Assembly (NCBI GenBank): GCA_037141855.1
Contig: JBAXBR010000003.1
Location: 8,707 to 72,706 of the forward strand
DNA length: 64,000 nucleotides
DNA from: Actinomycetota bacterium
GTDB taxonomy: Bacteria; Actinomycetota; Acidimicrobiia; Acidimicrobiales; Ilumatobacteraceae
Reading direction: 5' to 3'
Shown here: piece after piece, positions 45,666-56,748 of the stretch
Position numbering within the stretch: the stretch's first letter is position 1
Layout: every line of letters starts with the position of its first letter
Translations under genes and position numbers: made by a program
The notes under the pieces: model-generated
Databases searched by the model: none
Told to the model about the DNA's origin: nothing
Seen by the model: the letters and a program-made list of their open reading frames with translations, nothing else

Positions 45666-46252
45666 TGACAAATCAAATTCGAATTGTCGTTGCAGAAGAT
45701 GAAGCAATCATTCGATTGGACTTAGTCGAAACTTTGCAAGAAGAGGGGTACAACGTCGTTGCTGACACCGGACGTGGTGACACGGCGATTGATCTCGTGC
45801 GCGAACACAAACCTGACGTCGCAATTTTCGATATCAAAATGCCTGGTCTCGATGGCCTTGCTGCAGCGCGAGTGGTGTCGGCAGAAAAAATTTGCCCGGT
45901 TGTCATGCTGACCGCCTTTAGCCAGCGGGAAGTCATCGAGCAAGCACGCGATGCTGGCGCATTGGCTTACCTTGTCAAACCGTTTCAGAAAACCGATTTG
46001 GTCCCTGCCATCGAACTAGCAATCGGACGGTTTACCGAAATGAAGTTGCTCAGTGGTGAACGCGATGCGCTCGATGAGCAACTGCAACTTCGCAAAGTGC
46101 TCGACCGCGCAAAGGGAGTGCTCATCGATTCGTTCTCCATGACCGAGCAGGCAGCCTTTGATTTCATTCAAAAAGGAGCCATGTCGACGCGCTCCAGAAT
46201 GAAAGATGTCGCACAACGAGTGATTGACGGCGACCTCACACCTAATTCGTGA
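45665..46252 (+). CDS. pdtaR: ANTAR-domain response regulator, PdtaR-like
   Basis: REC domain (IVVAEDEAIIRLDL, AIFDIKMPGLDG, KP) plus ANTAR (LQLRKVLDRAKGVLIDSFSMTEQAAFDFIQKGAMSTRSRMKDVAQRVI). The pdtaR-polA-rpsA-coaE-uvrB order matches mycobacteria. Confidence 0.88.
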   Translation: MTNQIRIVVAEDEAIIRLDLVETLQEEGYNVVADTGRGDTAIDLVREHKPDVAIFDIKMPGLDGLAAARVVSAEKICPVVMLTAFSQREVIEQARDAGALAYLVKPFQKTDLVPAIELAIGRFTEMKLLSGERDALDEQLQLRKVLDRAKGVLIDSFSMTEQAAFDFIQKGAMSTRSRMKDVAQRVIDGDLTPNS

Positions 46253-46265
46253 TATTCATAACGCT

Positions 46266-48956
46266 ATGAAATTGATGGCGCTTGATGGCAACTCGTTGGC
46301 CTACCGCGCATTCTTCGCGTTGCCAACGGATATGGCTACGGCAAGTGGCCAAGTAACGAATTCGGTGTACGGCTTTTGCACCATGTTGAACACCTTGGTG
46401 AAGGACCATAAACCAGACGGCGTCATAGTGGTGTTCGATAGGCGAGAGAAGACATTCAGGCATGAGGCTGTGCCGGAATATAAAGCGCAGCGTGAGCAGC
46501 AGCCAGACATTTTGTATCAGCAGCTCGACATCATCAAAGAACTACTGGTGTCGTTCGGAATTGCTGTAATCGACGCGGCCGGCTTTGAAGGCGACGATCT
46601 GATTGCAACCATCGCTACTCAGGCAGAAGCGCAAGGTGCGGAGTTGATAGTGGTGACGGGAGATCGAGACAGTTATCAACTGGTTAAAGACCCACTGATT
46701 CGTGTTCTGTATAACAAGCGAGGTGTCAGCGACTATGCGTTGTATGACGAGGCAGGAATATTCGAGCGCACAGGCGTAACCCCAAGTCAATATCCCGACT
46801 ACGCGGCTTTACGTGGCGATCCAAGTGACAACTTGGAAGGTGTGCCCGGAGTTGGAGAGAAGACTGCGGCAAGGCTCATCAATCAATACGGATCACTCGA
46901 TTCAATATTCGACGCTGCAGATGCGCAAACGCCGAAGTTGAAGGAATCGCTACATGCAAGCCGTGAGCGGGTTACGCGAAACGCAAAGATCATGGTGCTG
47001 AGGCGCGATGCACCTCTCGGAATCAATGTGTTGGAGTCTGTACCAAAACCGAACGTTGCAGCGTTGCAAAAATGGTTTGAGACGTTGGAATTCAAATCGA
47101 TGCTCGCCCGAACCAAGGACGCATTCTCGCGTTTCATTGCTGATGTTCCCGAACAGGCAACTGAACAACTGTTTGATCAAACCTCTGCTGCTATCGAAGT
47201 TGCGACAACGTTTGCGAAGAATTCGGCCGAAGCGTTTTCTGCGCTCGATACTGCCGATGGTGACTACGGCATTGTTTTTGCTGCTGGTTGGCTGAATGAA
47301 GACCATCGAGCGCTTGATGGCATTGCCGTAGTGGTTGACCAAATTCAAAATGAAGTTATGTGGATTCCAGCGCACATTGCCGAGGACAAAGCCGTGCTGG
47401 CCCGATTCTCCAAGACTGCTTGTATTTCGGGTCACCATGTAAAGCCAATGTTGCGATGGTTTTTGGATCGCAATGTCGACATTCCAAAGATTGGCTTTGA
47501 CACAGCTATTGCCGCCTACTTGCTTGAACCGGCGCAATCGAAATTGGAAGCGCACGAAGTCCTAGCTCGTTACACCGATGATCGCATTGGCGCACGTTTA
47601 GATAACTTGACTGACGATGGTCAGTTGAGCTTCGATGCCCAGGTGTCCAATGCTTCAGCAGATGCATCAAACATCGCTGTAGCGGTGGCGCGCGTGATAC
47701 CTGCACTTGCTAAAGAGATTGGGGCGCAAGGTGTTGGTGAATTGTTCAACGACGTAGAGCTTCCGCTTATTCGAGTACTGGCAAAGATGGAGCACGTAGG
47801 AGTACTCGTAGACAAGAAGCAGCTGACCTCGATTAACGAGCATCTGGTGCGAGAGACGAAACGATTGACGGTGATTCTGCACGAATTGGCTGGAAAATCC
47901 TTCAATCTCAATTCGCCTACACAGCTTCGCCAGATCTTGTACGAGGAGAAGAAGCTCTCTCCAGGCAAGAAGACAAAAACTGGCTTCAGCACCGATGCTG
48001 CGACGCTGGAAAAAATTAGAGATCAGTGGCCTGAATTTATTGATCAACTGTTGGAATACAGAGAGTTTGAGAAACTGCGAGGAACTTACGGCCAAGGGTT
48101 GCTTGATGCCGTTCAAGCAGACGGTCGCATTCATGCAACGTTCAATCAAACCGTTGCTCGTACGGGAAGGTTAAGTAGCGACGCTCCAAACCTGCACAAC
48201 ATTCCCATTCGGTCTGAAGAAGGAAAGGTATTCCGAACAGCATTCGTGCCGCGCGAAGGTTGTGTGTTCATGGTTGCGGACTATAACCAAATTGAACTTC
48301 GTTGCATTGCTCACCTGGCTGACGATCCTGGACTCATTGATGCGTTTACTCGCGGAATTGATATTCACAGCGCTACAGCGGCTCGGGTATTCGGTGTTGA
48401 TGCCTCGGAAGTCACTTCCGACATGCGCTCGCAAGCGAAGATGATTTCGTACGGTCTTGCATACGGAATGGAAGCTTTCGGTCTGAGTCAGCGGCTTGGA
48501 GTTGGAGTTGGCGAAGCGAGCGAAATTCTTGATGCATATTTCGCTGCATTCCCAAATGTGAAGCAGTACATGGACGACACCATTGAGGAAGCCCGCGCGA
48601 AGGGGTACACCGAAACGCTGTTTGGTCGACGTCGACAAATTCCAGAACTGAATAATCCAAACTTTCGTATTCGTCAAGCAGGTGAGCGCCAAGCAATGAA
48701 CGCTGGAATTCAGGGACTTGCTGCAGATATTTTCAAGATTGCACTCGTTCGTATCGACGCGGCAATTGCAAAAGCGAAATTGCAGAGCGCGGTCATCTTG
48801 CAAGTGCACGACGAAGTAATTGTGGAATGTCCAGTAGCGGAGCGTGACAAGGTGAACGAGATCGTGCTCCACGAGATGAAGAATGCTGCAACTTTGAAAG
48901 TTCCACTTGAAGTGAATGCTGCTTGGGGAGATAGTTGGGCGTCGGCTAAGGCGTAA
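46266..48956 (+). CDS. polA: DNA polymerase I
   Basis: 5' nuclease N-terminus (LMALDGNSLAYRAFFALP, TGDRDSYQL) and pol motifs (DYNQIELR, RSQAKMISYGLAYG, QVHDE). Start trimmed to ATG 46266. Confidence 0.95.
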   Translation: MKLMALDGNSLAYRAFFALPTDMATASGQVTNSVYGFCTMLNTLVKDHKPDGVIVVFDRREKTFRHEAVPEYKAQREQQPDILYQQLDIIKELLVSFGIAVIDAAGFEGDDLIATIATQAEAQGAELIVVTGDRDSYQLVKDPLIRVLYNKRGVSDYALYDEAGIFERTGVTPSQYPDYAALRGDPSDNLEGVPGVGEKTAARLINQYGSLDSIFDAADAQTPKLKESLHASRERVTRNAKIMVLRRDAPLGINVLESVPKPNVAALQKWFETLEFKSMLARTKDAFSRFIADVPEQATEQLFDQTSAAIEVATTFAKNSAEAFSALDTADGDYGIVFAAGWLNEDHRALDGIAVVVDQIQNEVMWIPAHIAEDKAVLARFSKTACISGHHVKPMLRWFLDRNVDIPKIGFDTAIAAYLLEPAQSKLEAHEVLARYTDDRIGARLDNLTDDGQLSFDAQVSNASADASNIAVAVARVIPALAKEIGAQGVGELFNDVELPLIRVLAKMEHVGVLVDKKQLTSINEHLVRETKRLTVILHELAGKSFNLNSPTQLRQILYEEKKLSPGKKTKTGFSTDAATLEKIRDQWPEFIDQLLEYREFEKLRGTYGQGLLDAVQADGRIHATFNQTVARTGRLSSDAPNLHNIPIRSEEGKVFRTAFVPREGCVFMVADYNQIELRCIAHLADDPGLIDAFTRGIDIHSATAARVFGVDASEVTSDMRSQAKMISYGLAYGMEAFGLSQRLGVGVGEASEILDAYFAAFPNVKQYMDDTIEEARAKGYTETLFGRRRQIPELNNPNFRIRQAGERQAMNAGIQGLAADIFKIALVRIDAAIAKAKLQSAVILQVHDEVIVECPVAERDKVNEIVLHEMKNAATLKVPLEVNAAWGDSWASAKA

Positions 48957-48960
48957 TGAC

Positions 48961-49698
48961 ATGACTGGTCGCGAACATTGGTTTGAAGATTTAGCCAGTC
49001 ACATGAAGGCCACATATTTGAGGTATGCATTCACCAAAGGAACAGTGCAGGAAGTCGACTTCATTCTTGAAACAACTGGCGCAGCAAATGGAAGTTCATT
49101 TATTGATGTTGGTTGCGGACCAGGGCGTCACAGCCTCGAACTTGCGCGCAGAGGAATGCAAGTTCAAGGAATCGACGTAAGCAAAGACTTCATCGACATC
49201 GCAAGTCGTCATGCGTCGGAGGAATTTCTGACTAGCGCGAAATTTATGCGGCTTGATGCGCGCTCATTGCAGGATGAGACTTCACTTCATTCACAATTCG
49301 ATTTCGCAATTTGCTTATGTCAGGGTGCTTTTGGTCTGATGGTTGACGATCGGCAAGATGTCGACATTTTGACTGGAATTCGAAAGTGCTTGAAACCCAG
49401 CGGTGTCATTGTGTTGTCGGCCTTCAATGCGTACTTTTCGGTTAAACATCATGATGGCGCAGATTTTGACGCCATGAGTGGTGTCAGTCACGAAACGACA
49501 GAAATTCGCAATGACCAAGGAGAAGTCAAAAGCGTTGATTTATGGACGGGTTGCTATACGCCAAGGGAATTGCGTCTTGTGTTCGACCTGGCAGGGTTTG
49601 ACATCTTGAGTATCTCCAGTGTTGAGCCAGGGCAGTTTTCCTCTGCAGAATGCAGCACCGAATTGCCTGAATTCCTGGTCATCGCCAAGTCCAGGTAG
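48961..49698 (+). CDS. Class I SAM-dependent methyltransferase
   Basis: FIDVGCGPGRHSLELA motif I. Start trimmed to ATG 48961. Confidence 0.8.
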   Translation: MTGREHWFEDLASHMKATYLRYAFTKGTVQEVDFILETTGAANGSSFIDVGCGPGRHSLELARRGMQVQGIDVSKDFIDIASRHASEEFLTSAKFMRLDARSLQDETSLHSQFDFAICLCQGAFGLMVDDRQDVDILTGIRKCLKPSGVIVLSAFNAYFSVKHHDGADFDAMSGVSHETTEIRNDQGEVKSVDLWTGCYTPRELRLVFDLAGFDILSISSVEPGQFSSAECSTELPEFLVIAKSR

Positions 49699-49791
49699 GG
49701 CAGTCGCTGATAGCGTGATTCCCCTGTCCTACCGCCGGTAGGGCCTCTCGCAAGAGGGACCATCTCTCCTATCCACCGAAAGTACGTACCA

Positions 49792-51120
49792 ATGTCTGAT
49801 CTACAAACCATGCAATCCCCACCAATGGGAACCTTCGACTCAGAAGGAAATTACACACCGCGCAAAATTACTGAGCGTGACCTTTCGCAGTCATTTGCTG
49901 ACGCGATTAGCGGAACTCTTGTTGAACTCAAAGACGGACAACTTGTTACAGGAACTGTTGTACGCATCACCCGTGACGAAGTACTCGTCGAAATCGGTTA
50001 CAAAACCGAAGGCGTCATCCTTGCCCGCGAATTGTCAATTCGTAACGACATTGATCCAAACGAGATTGTGAAGTTGGGCGAGAAGATCGAAACACTCGTT
50101 CTTACCCTTGAAGACAAAGAAGGCCGTTTGTTGCTTTCGAAGAAGCGTGCGCAATACGAGCGCGCTTGGGGCGACATTGAAAAAGTTAAGGCAGCCGATG
50201 GAACCGTTGAAGGTTTGGTCATCGAAGTTGTTAAGGGTGGACTCATCGTGGACATCGGTCTTCGCGGATTCCTTCCTGCATCACTTGTTGAGTTGCGTCG
50301 CGTACGTGACTTGGCTCCGTACATCGGCCAGCGAATCACTGCAAAGATTCTTGAACTCGACCGCAATCGCAACAACGTTGTGCTTTCACGTCGTACATTG
50401 CTCGAGCAGAATCAGCGTGGAGCTCGTGACGAGTTTTTGACTCATCTCAAGGTTGGTGAAGTGCGTACAGGTCGCATTTCGAGTGTGGTTGCATTCGGTG
50501 CATTCGTTGACTTGGGCGGCATGGATGGACTCATCCACGTTTCCGAGTTGTCGTGGAAGCATGTTGACAACCCAACAGCAGTGGTCAATATTGGCGACGA
50601 AGTGACGGTAAAAGTTCTTGAAGTTGACATGGACCGTGAGCGCATCAGCCTCTCATTGAAGGCAACTCAGCAAGATCCTTGGCAAGAATTTGCTAATGGT
50701 CACCAGGTTGGTCAATTGGTCTACGGCCGTGTTACCAAGTTGGTTCCATTTGGTGGATTCGTACAGGTTGGAGACGGAATTGAAGGCCTCGTGCACATTT
50801 CCGAAATGTCTGCACACCATGTTGAAGCACCAGAGCAAGTTGTCACACCGGGCGAAGAGTTGTGGGTCAAGATCATCGATCTCGATCTCGCACGTCGTCG
50901 CATCAGCTTGTCAATTAAGCAAGCTGCTGAAGGTGGAGAACTCGCCGAGGAATATCGCGGTCAATTCCAAGTTGACGATCAGGGCAACTGGGTTGGCGGC
51001 GATGACAGTGCACGCGAAGCAGCATGGTCAGAGTATTTCGACACCGCAGCAACATCTGAAGCACCAGCAGAAGCTGCTGCTGAAGTTCCTGCCGTAGAAC
51101 CAGAAGCACCAAGCGCTTAG
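49792..51120 (+). CDS. rpsA: 30S ribosomal protein S1
   Basis: Four S1 repeats (e.g. GTVVRITRDEVLVEIG, GLVIEVVKGGLIVDIG, GRISSVVAFGAFVDLG, GRVTKLVPFGGFVQVG) and an acidic Ala/Glu tail. Confidence 0.95.
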   Translation: MSDLQTMQSPPMGTFDSEGNYTPRKITERDLSQSFADAISGTLVELKDGQLVTGTVVRITRDEVLVEIGYKTEGVILARELSIRNDIDPNEIVKLGEKIETLVLTLEDKEGRLLLSKKRAQYERAWGDIEKVKAADGTVEGLVIEVVKGGLIVDIGLRGFLPASLVELRRVRDLAPYIGQRITAKILELDRNRNNVVLSRRTLLEQNQRGARDEFLTHLKVGEVRTGRISSVVAFGAFVDLGGMDGLIHVSELSWKHVDNPTAVVNIGDEVTVKVLEVDMDRERISLSLKATQQDPWQEFANGHQVGQLVYGRVTKLVPFGGFVQVGDGIEGLVHISEMSAHHVEAPEQVVTPGEELWVKIIDLDLARRRISLSIKQAAEGGELAEEYRGQFQVDDQGNWVGGDDSAREAAWSEYFDTAATSEAPAEAAAEVPAVEPEAPSA

Positions 51121-51129
51121 TTTTCTGTA

Positions 51130-51157
51130 GTTGCGCTCGTCAGGGGGCGAGCGCAAC
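51130..51157 (+). terminator. Perfect 10-bp GC-rich hairpin between rpsA and coaE (terminator or attenuator without a U-tract)
   Basis: GTTGCGCTCG (51130-51139), loop TCAGGGGG, then CGAGCGCAAC (51148-51157). It starts 10 nt after the rpsA stop. Confidence 0.45.
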
Positions 51158-51178
51158 TCAGATGTTCATCGGAGACAT

Positions 51179-51811
51179 ATGAAATTGATTGGGCTAACAG
51201 GCGCAATTGGATCAGGTAAGTCTTCGGTATCTTCGCTGTTCGCGCGCAAAGGTGCGGTCATCATTGACGGCGATGGTATTGCAAGGCATCTGCAACAAAA
51301 GGGCTCTGCAACATTGCAGAAGATGGTTGATGAATTTGGTGACATCTTGCTGGGATCCGGTGAACTCGATCGCGCAAAGGTTGCGCAGCTGGTATTCGGC
51401 GATGCTGAAATGCTGAAGCGGCTGAACGCAATCATGCACCCAGCGATTGGAGAAGAAATTCTTCGTCAGATCGAAATGAACATGGCCACAGAGAATGTTG
51501 TCGTTTTGGACATGCCGCTACTCGTTGAAAATCCTCGTGAAGGAATGTCAGGACTGGTCGTTGTCGATGTAGACCCAGAAATAGCAATCTCACGACTTGT
51601 TCAGTTTCGGAACATGAACGAAGACGACGCGCGACGTCGAATGGCAAGTCAGGCAAGCCGCGAAGACAGATTGAAAGTTGCTGATCGCGTTATTGATAAC
51701 AGTGGCAGTCCTGAAGCACTTGGCCCACTAGTAGAAGATGTGTGGGATTGGTTTGCAACCTTGCCGAATGCGCAAGCAGGCGCTGGCTCGCTTGCACAAA
51801 AGAGCAAATAG
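51179..51811 (+). CDS. coaE: Dephospho-CoA kinase
   Basis: [18 protein letters not shown]-loop. GGAGA lies upstream of ATG 51179. Confidence 0.9.
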   Translation: MKLIGLTGAIGSGKSSVSSLFARKGAVIIDGDGIARHLQQKGSATLQKMVDEFGDILLGSGELDRAKVAQLVFGDAEMLKRLNAIMHPAIGEEILRQIEMNMATENVVVLDMPLLVENPREGMSGLVVVDVDPEIAISRLVQFRNMNEDDARRRMASQASREDRLKVADRVIDNSGSPEALGPLVEDVWDWFATLPNAQAGAGSLAQKSK

Positions 51812-53841
51812 TGACCGTTGACAATCAGCGCTTTCAGGTTGTATCGGATTACCAACCGGCAGGTGATCAACCAAAAGCAATTGCTCAGTTGTCGGCGGCT
51901 ATCGAGCGTGGAGATAGGTTCCAAACCCTGCTTGGCATTACCGGGTCGGGAAAATCGGCAACCGTTGCGTGGACTATTGAACAGGTGCAGAGGCCGACGC
52001 TGATCCTTGCTCCGAACAAGAGCCTTGCCGCGCAGTTAGCGCAAGAAATGAAAGAGTTCTTCCCAAAGAACCGCGTTGAGTATTTCGTCAGCTATTACGA
52101 CTATTACCAACCTGAGGCGTACATCGCATCTAGCGACACCTTTATTGAAAAGGATTCTTCGGTCAACGATGAAATTGATCGACTGCGTCATTCGGCAACT
52201 GCAGCGTTGCTCACACGACGCGACACCATTGTTGTTGCATCAGTGAGTTGCATCTACGGAATGGGAAACCCGGAGGAATACCGCGGCAACCTGTTGGAGC
52301 TACATGTTGGTGTTGATTACGACCAAAGAAGCTTGCTGCGTCGACTGGTAGACCTGCAATACGATCGCAACGACATGACACTCGGACGTGGCAACTTTCG
52401 CGTTCGTGGAGACACTATTGAAGTGCAGCCGGCTTATGACGAAACAGTTACTCGTATCGAGATGTTTGGTGACACCGTTGAAAGAATTACCATCGTTGAC
52501 GCTTTGACCGGTGAAACAGTGAACGACATGAGCGAGGTATTGATCTTTCCTGCTACTCACTATGTTGCTGGAGATGAGCGCATGCGCAAGGCTGTAGTTG
52601 GAATCGAACACGAATTGCAGGTTCGCCTCAAGCAGTTCGAAACAGAAGGAAAATTGCTAGAGGCTCAGCGTCTCAGAATGCGCACGCAATACGACTTAGA
52701 AATGATTGCGGAAGTCGGTTTCTGTAACGGCATTGAGAACTACTCCATGCACATTGACGGTCGTTCTCCTGGCGAACCGCCCTTTACCTTGCTTGACTAT
52801 TTTCCCGACGACTATTTGCTGGTTGTCGATGAAAGCCACGTGACTATTCCACAGTTGCACGGCCAGTTCGCTGGTGATCGAAGTCGCAAGGCAACGCTTA
52901 TTGAACATGGCTTCCGGTTGCCTTCTGCCGCTGATAACCGTCCGTTGCAATTTGAGGAAGCGATGCAAAGGATTAATCAATGCATCTTTCTTTCAGCAAC
53001 GCCAGCAAAGTTTGAGATTGCAACGAGTCAGCAAGTTGTAGAGCAGATCGTTAGGCCAACGGGCTTGGTTGATCCCGAAGTAGTTGTGAAGCCTACAAAG
53101 GGTCAAATCGACGACATCATCGAGATGGTCAACGGCAGGGTTGAAGTTGGCGATCGAGTCCTGATTACAACACTGACCAAGAAGATGGCCGAAGACTTAA
53201 GCGAATATCTGCTCGAACAAGGGCTAAAAGTTCGCTATTTGCATTCAAACATTGACACGATTCAGAGAATCGAAATTCTTCGCGCGTTGCGACTTGGCGA
53301 GTTCGACGTCCTCGTAGGAATCAACTTGCTCCGTGAAGGCCTTGACCTTCCTGAAGTTTCGCTGGTGGCAATTTTGGATGCTGACAAAGAAGGGTTCCTG
53401 CGTAGCGAAACCTCTCTCATTCAGATGATTGGACGTGCTGCTCGAAACGTGAATGGGCAGGTGGTGATGTATGCAGATAAGCGCACCCCATCAATGGATC
53501 GAGCCATAGGAGAAACACAGCGCCGTCGCGAAAGGCAAATTGCATACAACAAAGAACACGGCATCAATCCGCAGACGATTCGTAAAGCTGTTGGAGATAT
53601 TTTGTCGGTGTTACGACCTTCTGAAGGTTCGTTGTCCACGGCTAAGAGCGGACGACGTGACCGCGAACGCGAAAAGGTCGTGAACGAATTGCGCTCGCTG
53701 CCGCAGCAGGAACTTGGTCGACTCATCCAGACTCTTGAGGAAGAAATGAATCTGGCGGCTTCAGAATTGAAATTCGAATATGCGGCGCGTTTGCGCGACG
53801 AAATGAAGGATTTGCGACGTGAACTACGCGACGCGAAGTAG
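51811..53841 (+). CDS. uvrB: Excinuclease ABC subunit B
   Basis: [29 protein letters not shown] and the C-terminal UVR motif ([11 protein letters not shown]). GTG start at 51811 shares 1 nt with the coaE TAG. Confidence 0.95.
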   Translation: MTVDNQRFQVVSDYQPAGDQPKAIAQLSAAIERGDRFQTLLGITGSGKSATVAWTIEQVQRPTLILAPNKSLAAQLAQEMKEFFPKNRVEYFVSYYDYYQPEAYIASSDTFIEKDSSVNDEIDRLRHSATAALLTRRDTIVVASVSCIYGMGNPEEYRGNLLELHVGVDYDQRSLLRRLVDLQYDRNDMTLGRGNFRVRGDTIEVQPAYDETVTRIEMFGDTVERITIVDALTGETVNDMSEVLIFPATHYVAGDERMRKAVVGIEHELQVRLKQFETEGKLLEAQRLRMRTQYDLEMIAEVGFCNGIENYSMHIDGRSPGEPPFTLLDYFPDDYLLVVDESHVTIPQLHGQFAGDRSRKATLIEHGFRLPSAADNRPLQFEEAMQRINQCIFLSATPAKFEIATSQQVVEQIVRPTGLVDPEVVVKPTKGQIDDIIEMVNGRVEVGDRVLITTLTKKMAEDLSEYLLEQGLKVRYLHSNIDTIQRIEILRALRLGEFDVLVGINLLREGLDLPEVSLVAILDADKEGFLRSETSLIQMIGRAARNVNGQVVMYADKRTPSMDRAIGETQRRRERQIAYNKEHGINPQTIRKAVGDILSVLRPSEGSLSTAKSGRRDREREKVVNELRSLPQQELGRLIQTLEEEMNLAASELKFEYAARLRDEMKDLRRELRDAK

Positions 53842-53862
53842 CCAGTAAGTAGTCTGCTTGCC

Positions 53863-56745
53863 ATGCCTCCAGCGAAAAAGAAGCCTGTGTACTCAGCTGG
53901 TGTTATTTCTGTCCGTGGCGCTCGCGAACACAACCTAAAGAACATCAACGTTGAAGTTCCGCGCGACAAACTCATTGCACTTACAGGACTCTCGGGAAGC
54001 GGAAAAAGCAGCCTGGCATTCGACACCATCTATGCAGAGGGGCAACGCAGATACGTTGAGTCGCTCAGTGCCTATGCGCGTCAATTTCTTGGCCAAATGG
54101 ATAAACCCGACGTTGATGTGATCGAGGGTTTATCGCCGGCTATTTCCATCGATCAAAAGACAGCGTCGAAGAATCCACGTTCAACCGTTGGAACAATCAC
54201 CGAGATCTATGACTACTTGCGATTGTTGTGGGCTCGAATCGGTATCCAACATTGCCCGAAGGATGGCATTGCGCTGCAGCGTCAAACGCCTCAGCAAATT
54301 GTGGACCGAATTTTGGAGTTGCCGACTGGAACTCGATTCCAGGTGTTGGCCCCAGTTGTTCGTGGACGCAAAGGCGAGTACGAGAACTTGCTCGGTGAAC
54401 TCCTTGCGCAGGGCTACACCCGCGCTCGAATCGATGAGCAAGTTGTCGATATCTCTGAGTTTTTGAAGAAGGGCGACAAACTCGCACGCTACGAAAACCA
54501 CAGCATCGACATTGTCGTCGACCGCCTCGTTCAGAAAGCTGGCATTAATCGACGATTGACTGACAGCCTCGAAACCGCTTTGAAACTTGCAGATGGTGTT
54601 GCGGGCATCGAAATTATGAGTGGAAAGACTGATGAGCAAGGTGAAGTCATTACGTTCAGCCAGCACATGGCATGTCCGAAGTGCAGTGCGAGTTTTGACG
54701 AACTTGCTCCCCGAAACTTTTCGTTTAACTCACCCTTTGGTGCTTGTGAAACCTGCTTGGGGTTGGGAACTCGTTACGAAGTTGAAGAGGAACTGGTAGT
54801 CCCGGATCCGGAGTTGTCCATTCTGCAAGGAGCGATAGCTCCATGGCGTTCAGCCCATACGCAGTATTTCCAGCGAATGCTCGAAGCTGTTGCAGAAGAA
54901 CACTCGATCCCACTGAACGTGAAATGGGAAAAGCTTTCCGACAAGAACAAGAACATCATCATGCACGGAGCGGGTGAAGCACTGATGGTGAAGTACAAGA
55001 ATCGATACGGTCGATCGCGCGAATACAGCACTTCGTATGAGGGTGTAGTCCCGTGGATTAAACGGCGACACGAAAGTGCGGAAGGTGATTACTCGCGCGA
55101 ACAATTTGAGAGTTATATGCGCGAGGCTCCTTGCAAAGCTTGCAAAGGGCAACGATTAAAGCCGGCTTCCCTTGCTGTAAAAGTGAATGGTAAGAGTCTG
55201 AGCGAAATATGTGATTTGTCAATTGGCAAGTCGGCGGAATTTCTTAAGGGACTGAAACTTGGTGATCGCGACAAGATGATTGCTGAGCGCATTACCAAAG
55301 AGATCAATTCCCGTCTTGGATTCTTGCTCTCTGTAGGCCTTGACTACCTCACGTTGTCTCGTGCCGCTGCAACACTGGCCGGTGGTGAAGCGCAACGAAT
55401 TCGTTTGGCCAGTCAAATTGGTTCAGGACTTGTTGGAACTCTGTATGTTCTTGACGAACCGAGTATTGGTTTGCACCAACGCGATAATCATCGTCTGATT
55501 GAAACACTGATTCGTCTACGTGATCTGGGAAACACGGTGATGGTTGTGGAACACGATGAAGACACCATTCGCGCTGCCGACTGGATCGTAGACATTGGCC
55601 CTGGAGCGGGTGAACACGGTGGCGAGGTGGTGTACAGCGGCGAAGTATCTGGTATCGAAAAGGTGGCCAAGTCGATCACTGGTCAATATCTCAGTGGTAA
55701 ACGCTTTGTGCCAGTGCCTGCTGAACGACGAGCGCCACAAAAAGGCTGGCTCACCATTCGTGGTGCTCGTGAGCACAACTTGCAAAACCTCACCGCAAAG
55801 ATTCCATTGGGTTTATTTGTTGCAGTAACCGGTGTTTCGGGAAGCGGAAAGAGCACGTTAATTCGCGACATCTTGTTGCCGTCGCTGATGCAGAAGATTT
55901 ACAAATCCAAAGATGCCCCAGGTAAGCACACGGCTGTTGACGGTGTTCAACACCTAGACAAAGTCATTGATATGGACCAATCACCGATTGGTCGAACTCC
56001 GCGTTCAAACCCCGCCACGTACACCGGAGTTTTTGACGACATTCGCAAATTGTTCGCTGGAACACCAGAAGCAAAGGTTCGTGGTTATCAACCTGGACGA
56101 TTTAGTTTCAACGTACCTGGCGGTAGATGTGAGGCCTGTTCAGGCGACGGAACAATCAAGATCGAAATGGTGTTTTTGCCAGATGTGTACGTGCCATGCG
56201 ATGTATGCAAGGGCGAACGATACAACCGCGACACGCTCGACATCTTGTTCAAGGGGAAGAACATTTCCCAGATTCTCGATATGCCAATTTCGGAAGCGGT
56301 TGATTTCTTCTCAAACCAACCACGTATTGGTCGACACATGCAGACACTGTTGGATGTTGGTTTGGGCTATGTGCGTCTGGGGCAGTCAGCGCCAACGCTT
56401 TCGGGAGGCGAAGCACAGCGAGTGAAGCTCGCAGCCGAACTAGCAAAGCGCAGCACCGGTAAAACGATTTACCTTCTAGATGAACCGACGACTGGTTTGC
56501 ACTTTGAGGATGTTCGACGATTACTTACCGTTCTTGCTCGACTCGTTGAGACGGGAAATACGGTTTTGGTCATTGAGCACAACTTGGACGTCATCAAGAC
56601 CGCGGACTGGATTATTGACATGGGCCCAGAAGGCGGTGACGGCGGAGGACGAATTATTGCTGAGGGAACTCCGGAAGAAGTGGCCAAAGTAAAAGGAAGC
56701 TACACCGGCAAATTCCTTGGTCCGCTGTTGAAAAAGAAGCCGTAG
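53863..56745 (+). CDS. uvrA: Excinuclease ABC subunit A
   Basis: Two ABC modules ([12 protein letters not shown] and [10 protein letters not shown]; LSGGEAQR twice), zinc-finger cysteines (CPKC...CETC, CEAC...CDVC). Confidence 0.96.
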   Translation: MPPAKKKPVYSAGVISVRGAREHNLKNINVEVPRDKLIALTGLSGSGKSSLAFDTIYAEGQRRYVESLSAYARQFLGQMDKPDVDVIEGLSPAISIDQKTASKNPRSTVGTITEIYDYLRLLWARIGIQHCPKDGIALQRQTPQQIVDRILELPTGTRFQVLAPVVRGRKGEYENLLGELLAQGYTRARIDEQVVDISEFLKKGDKLARYENHSIDIVVDRLVQKAGINRRLTDSLETALKLADGVAGIEIMSGKTDEQGEVITFSQHMACPKCSASFDELAPRNFSFNSPFGACETCLGLGTRYEVEEELVVPDPELSILQGAIAPWRSAHTQYFQRMLEAVAEEHSIPLNVKWEKLSDKNKNIIMHGAGEALMVKYKNRYGRSREYSTSYEGVVPWIKRRHESAEGDYSREQFESYMREAPCKACKGQRLKPASLAVKVNGKSLSEICDLSIGKSAEFLKGLKLGDRDKMIAERITKEINSRLGFLLSVGLDYLTLSRAAATLAGGEAQRIRLASQIGSGLVGTLYVLDEPSIGLHQRDNHRLIETLIRLRDLGNTVMVVEHDEDTIRAADWIVDIGPGAGEHGGEVVYSGEVSGIEKVAKSITGQYLSGKRFVPVPAERRAPQKGWLTIRGAREHNLQNLTAKIPLGLFVAVTGVSGSGKSTLIRDILLPSLMQKIYKSKDAPGKHTAVDGVQHLDKVIDMDQSPIGRTPRSNPATYTGVFDDIRKLFAGTPEAKVRGYQPGRFSFNVPGGRCEACSGDGTIKIEMVFLPDVYVPCDVCKGERYNRDTLDILFKGKNISQILDMPISEAVDFFSNQPRIGRHMQTLLDVGLGYVRLGQSAPTLSGGEAQRVKLAAELAKRSTGKTIYLLDEPTTGLHFEDVRRLLTVLARLVETGNTVLVIEHNLDVIKTADWIIDMGPEGGDGGGRIIAEGTPEEVAKVKGSYTGKFLGPLLKKKP

Positions 56746-56748
56746 GCA

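Noticed and set aside
48171-48962. 263-aa minus-strand ORF.
   Set aside because: It is antisense to the polA polymerase domain and has no recognisable motifs. It is a shadow ORF.
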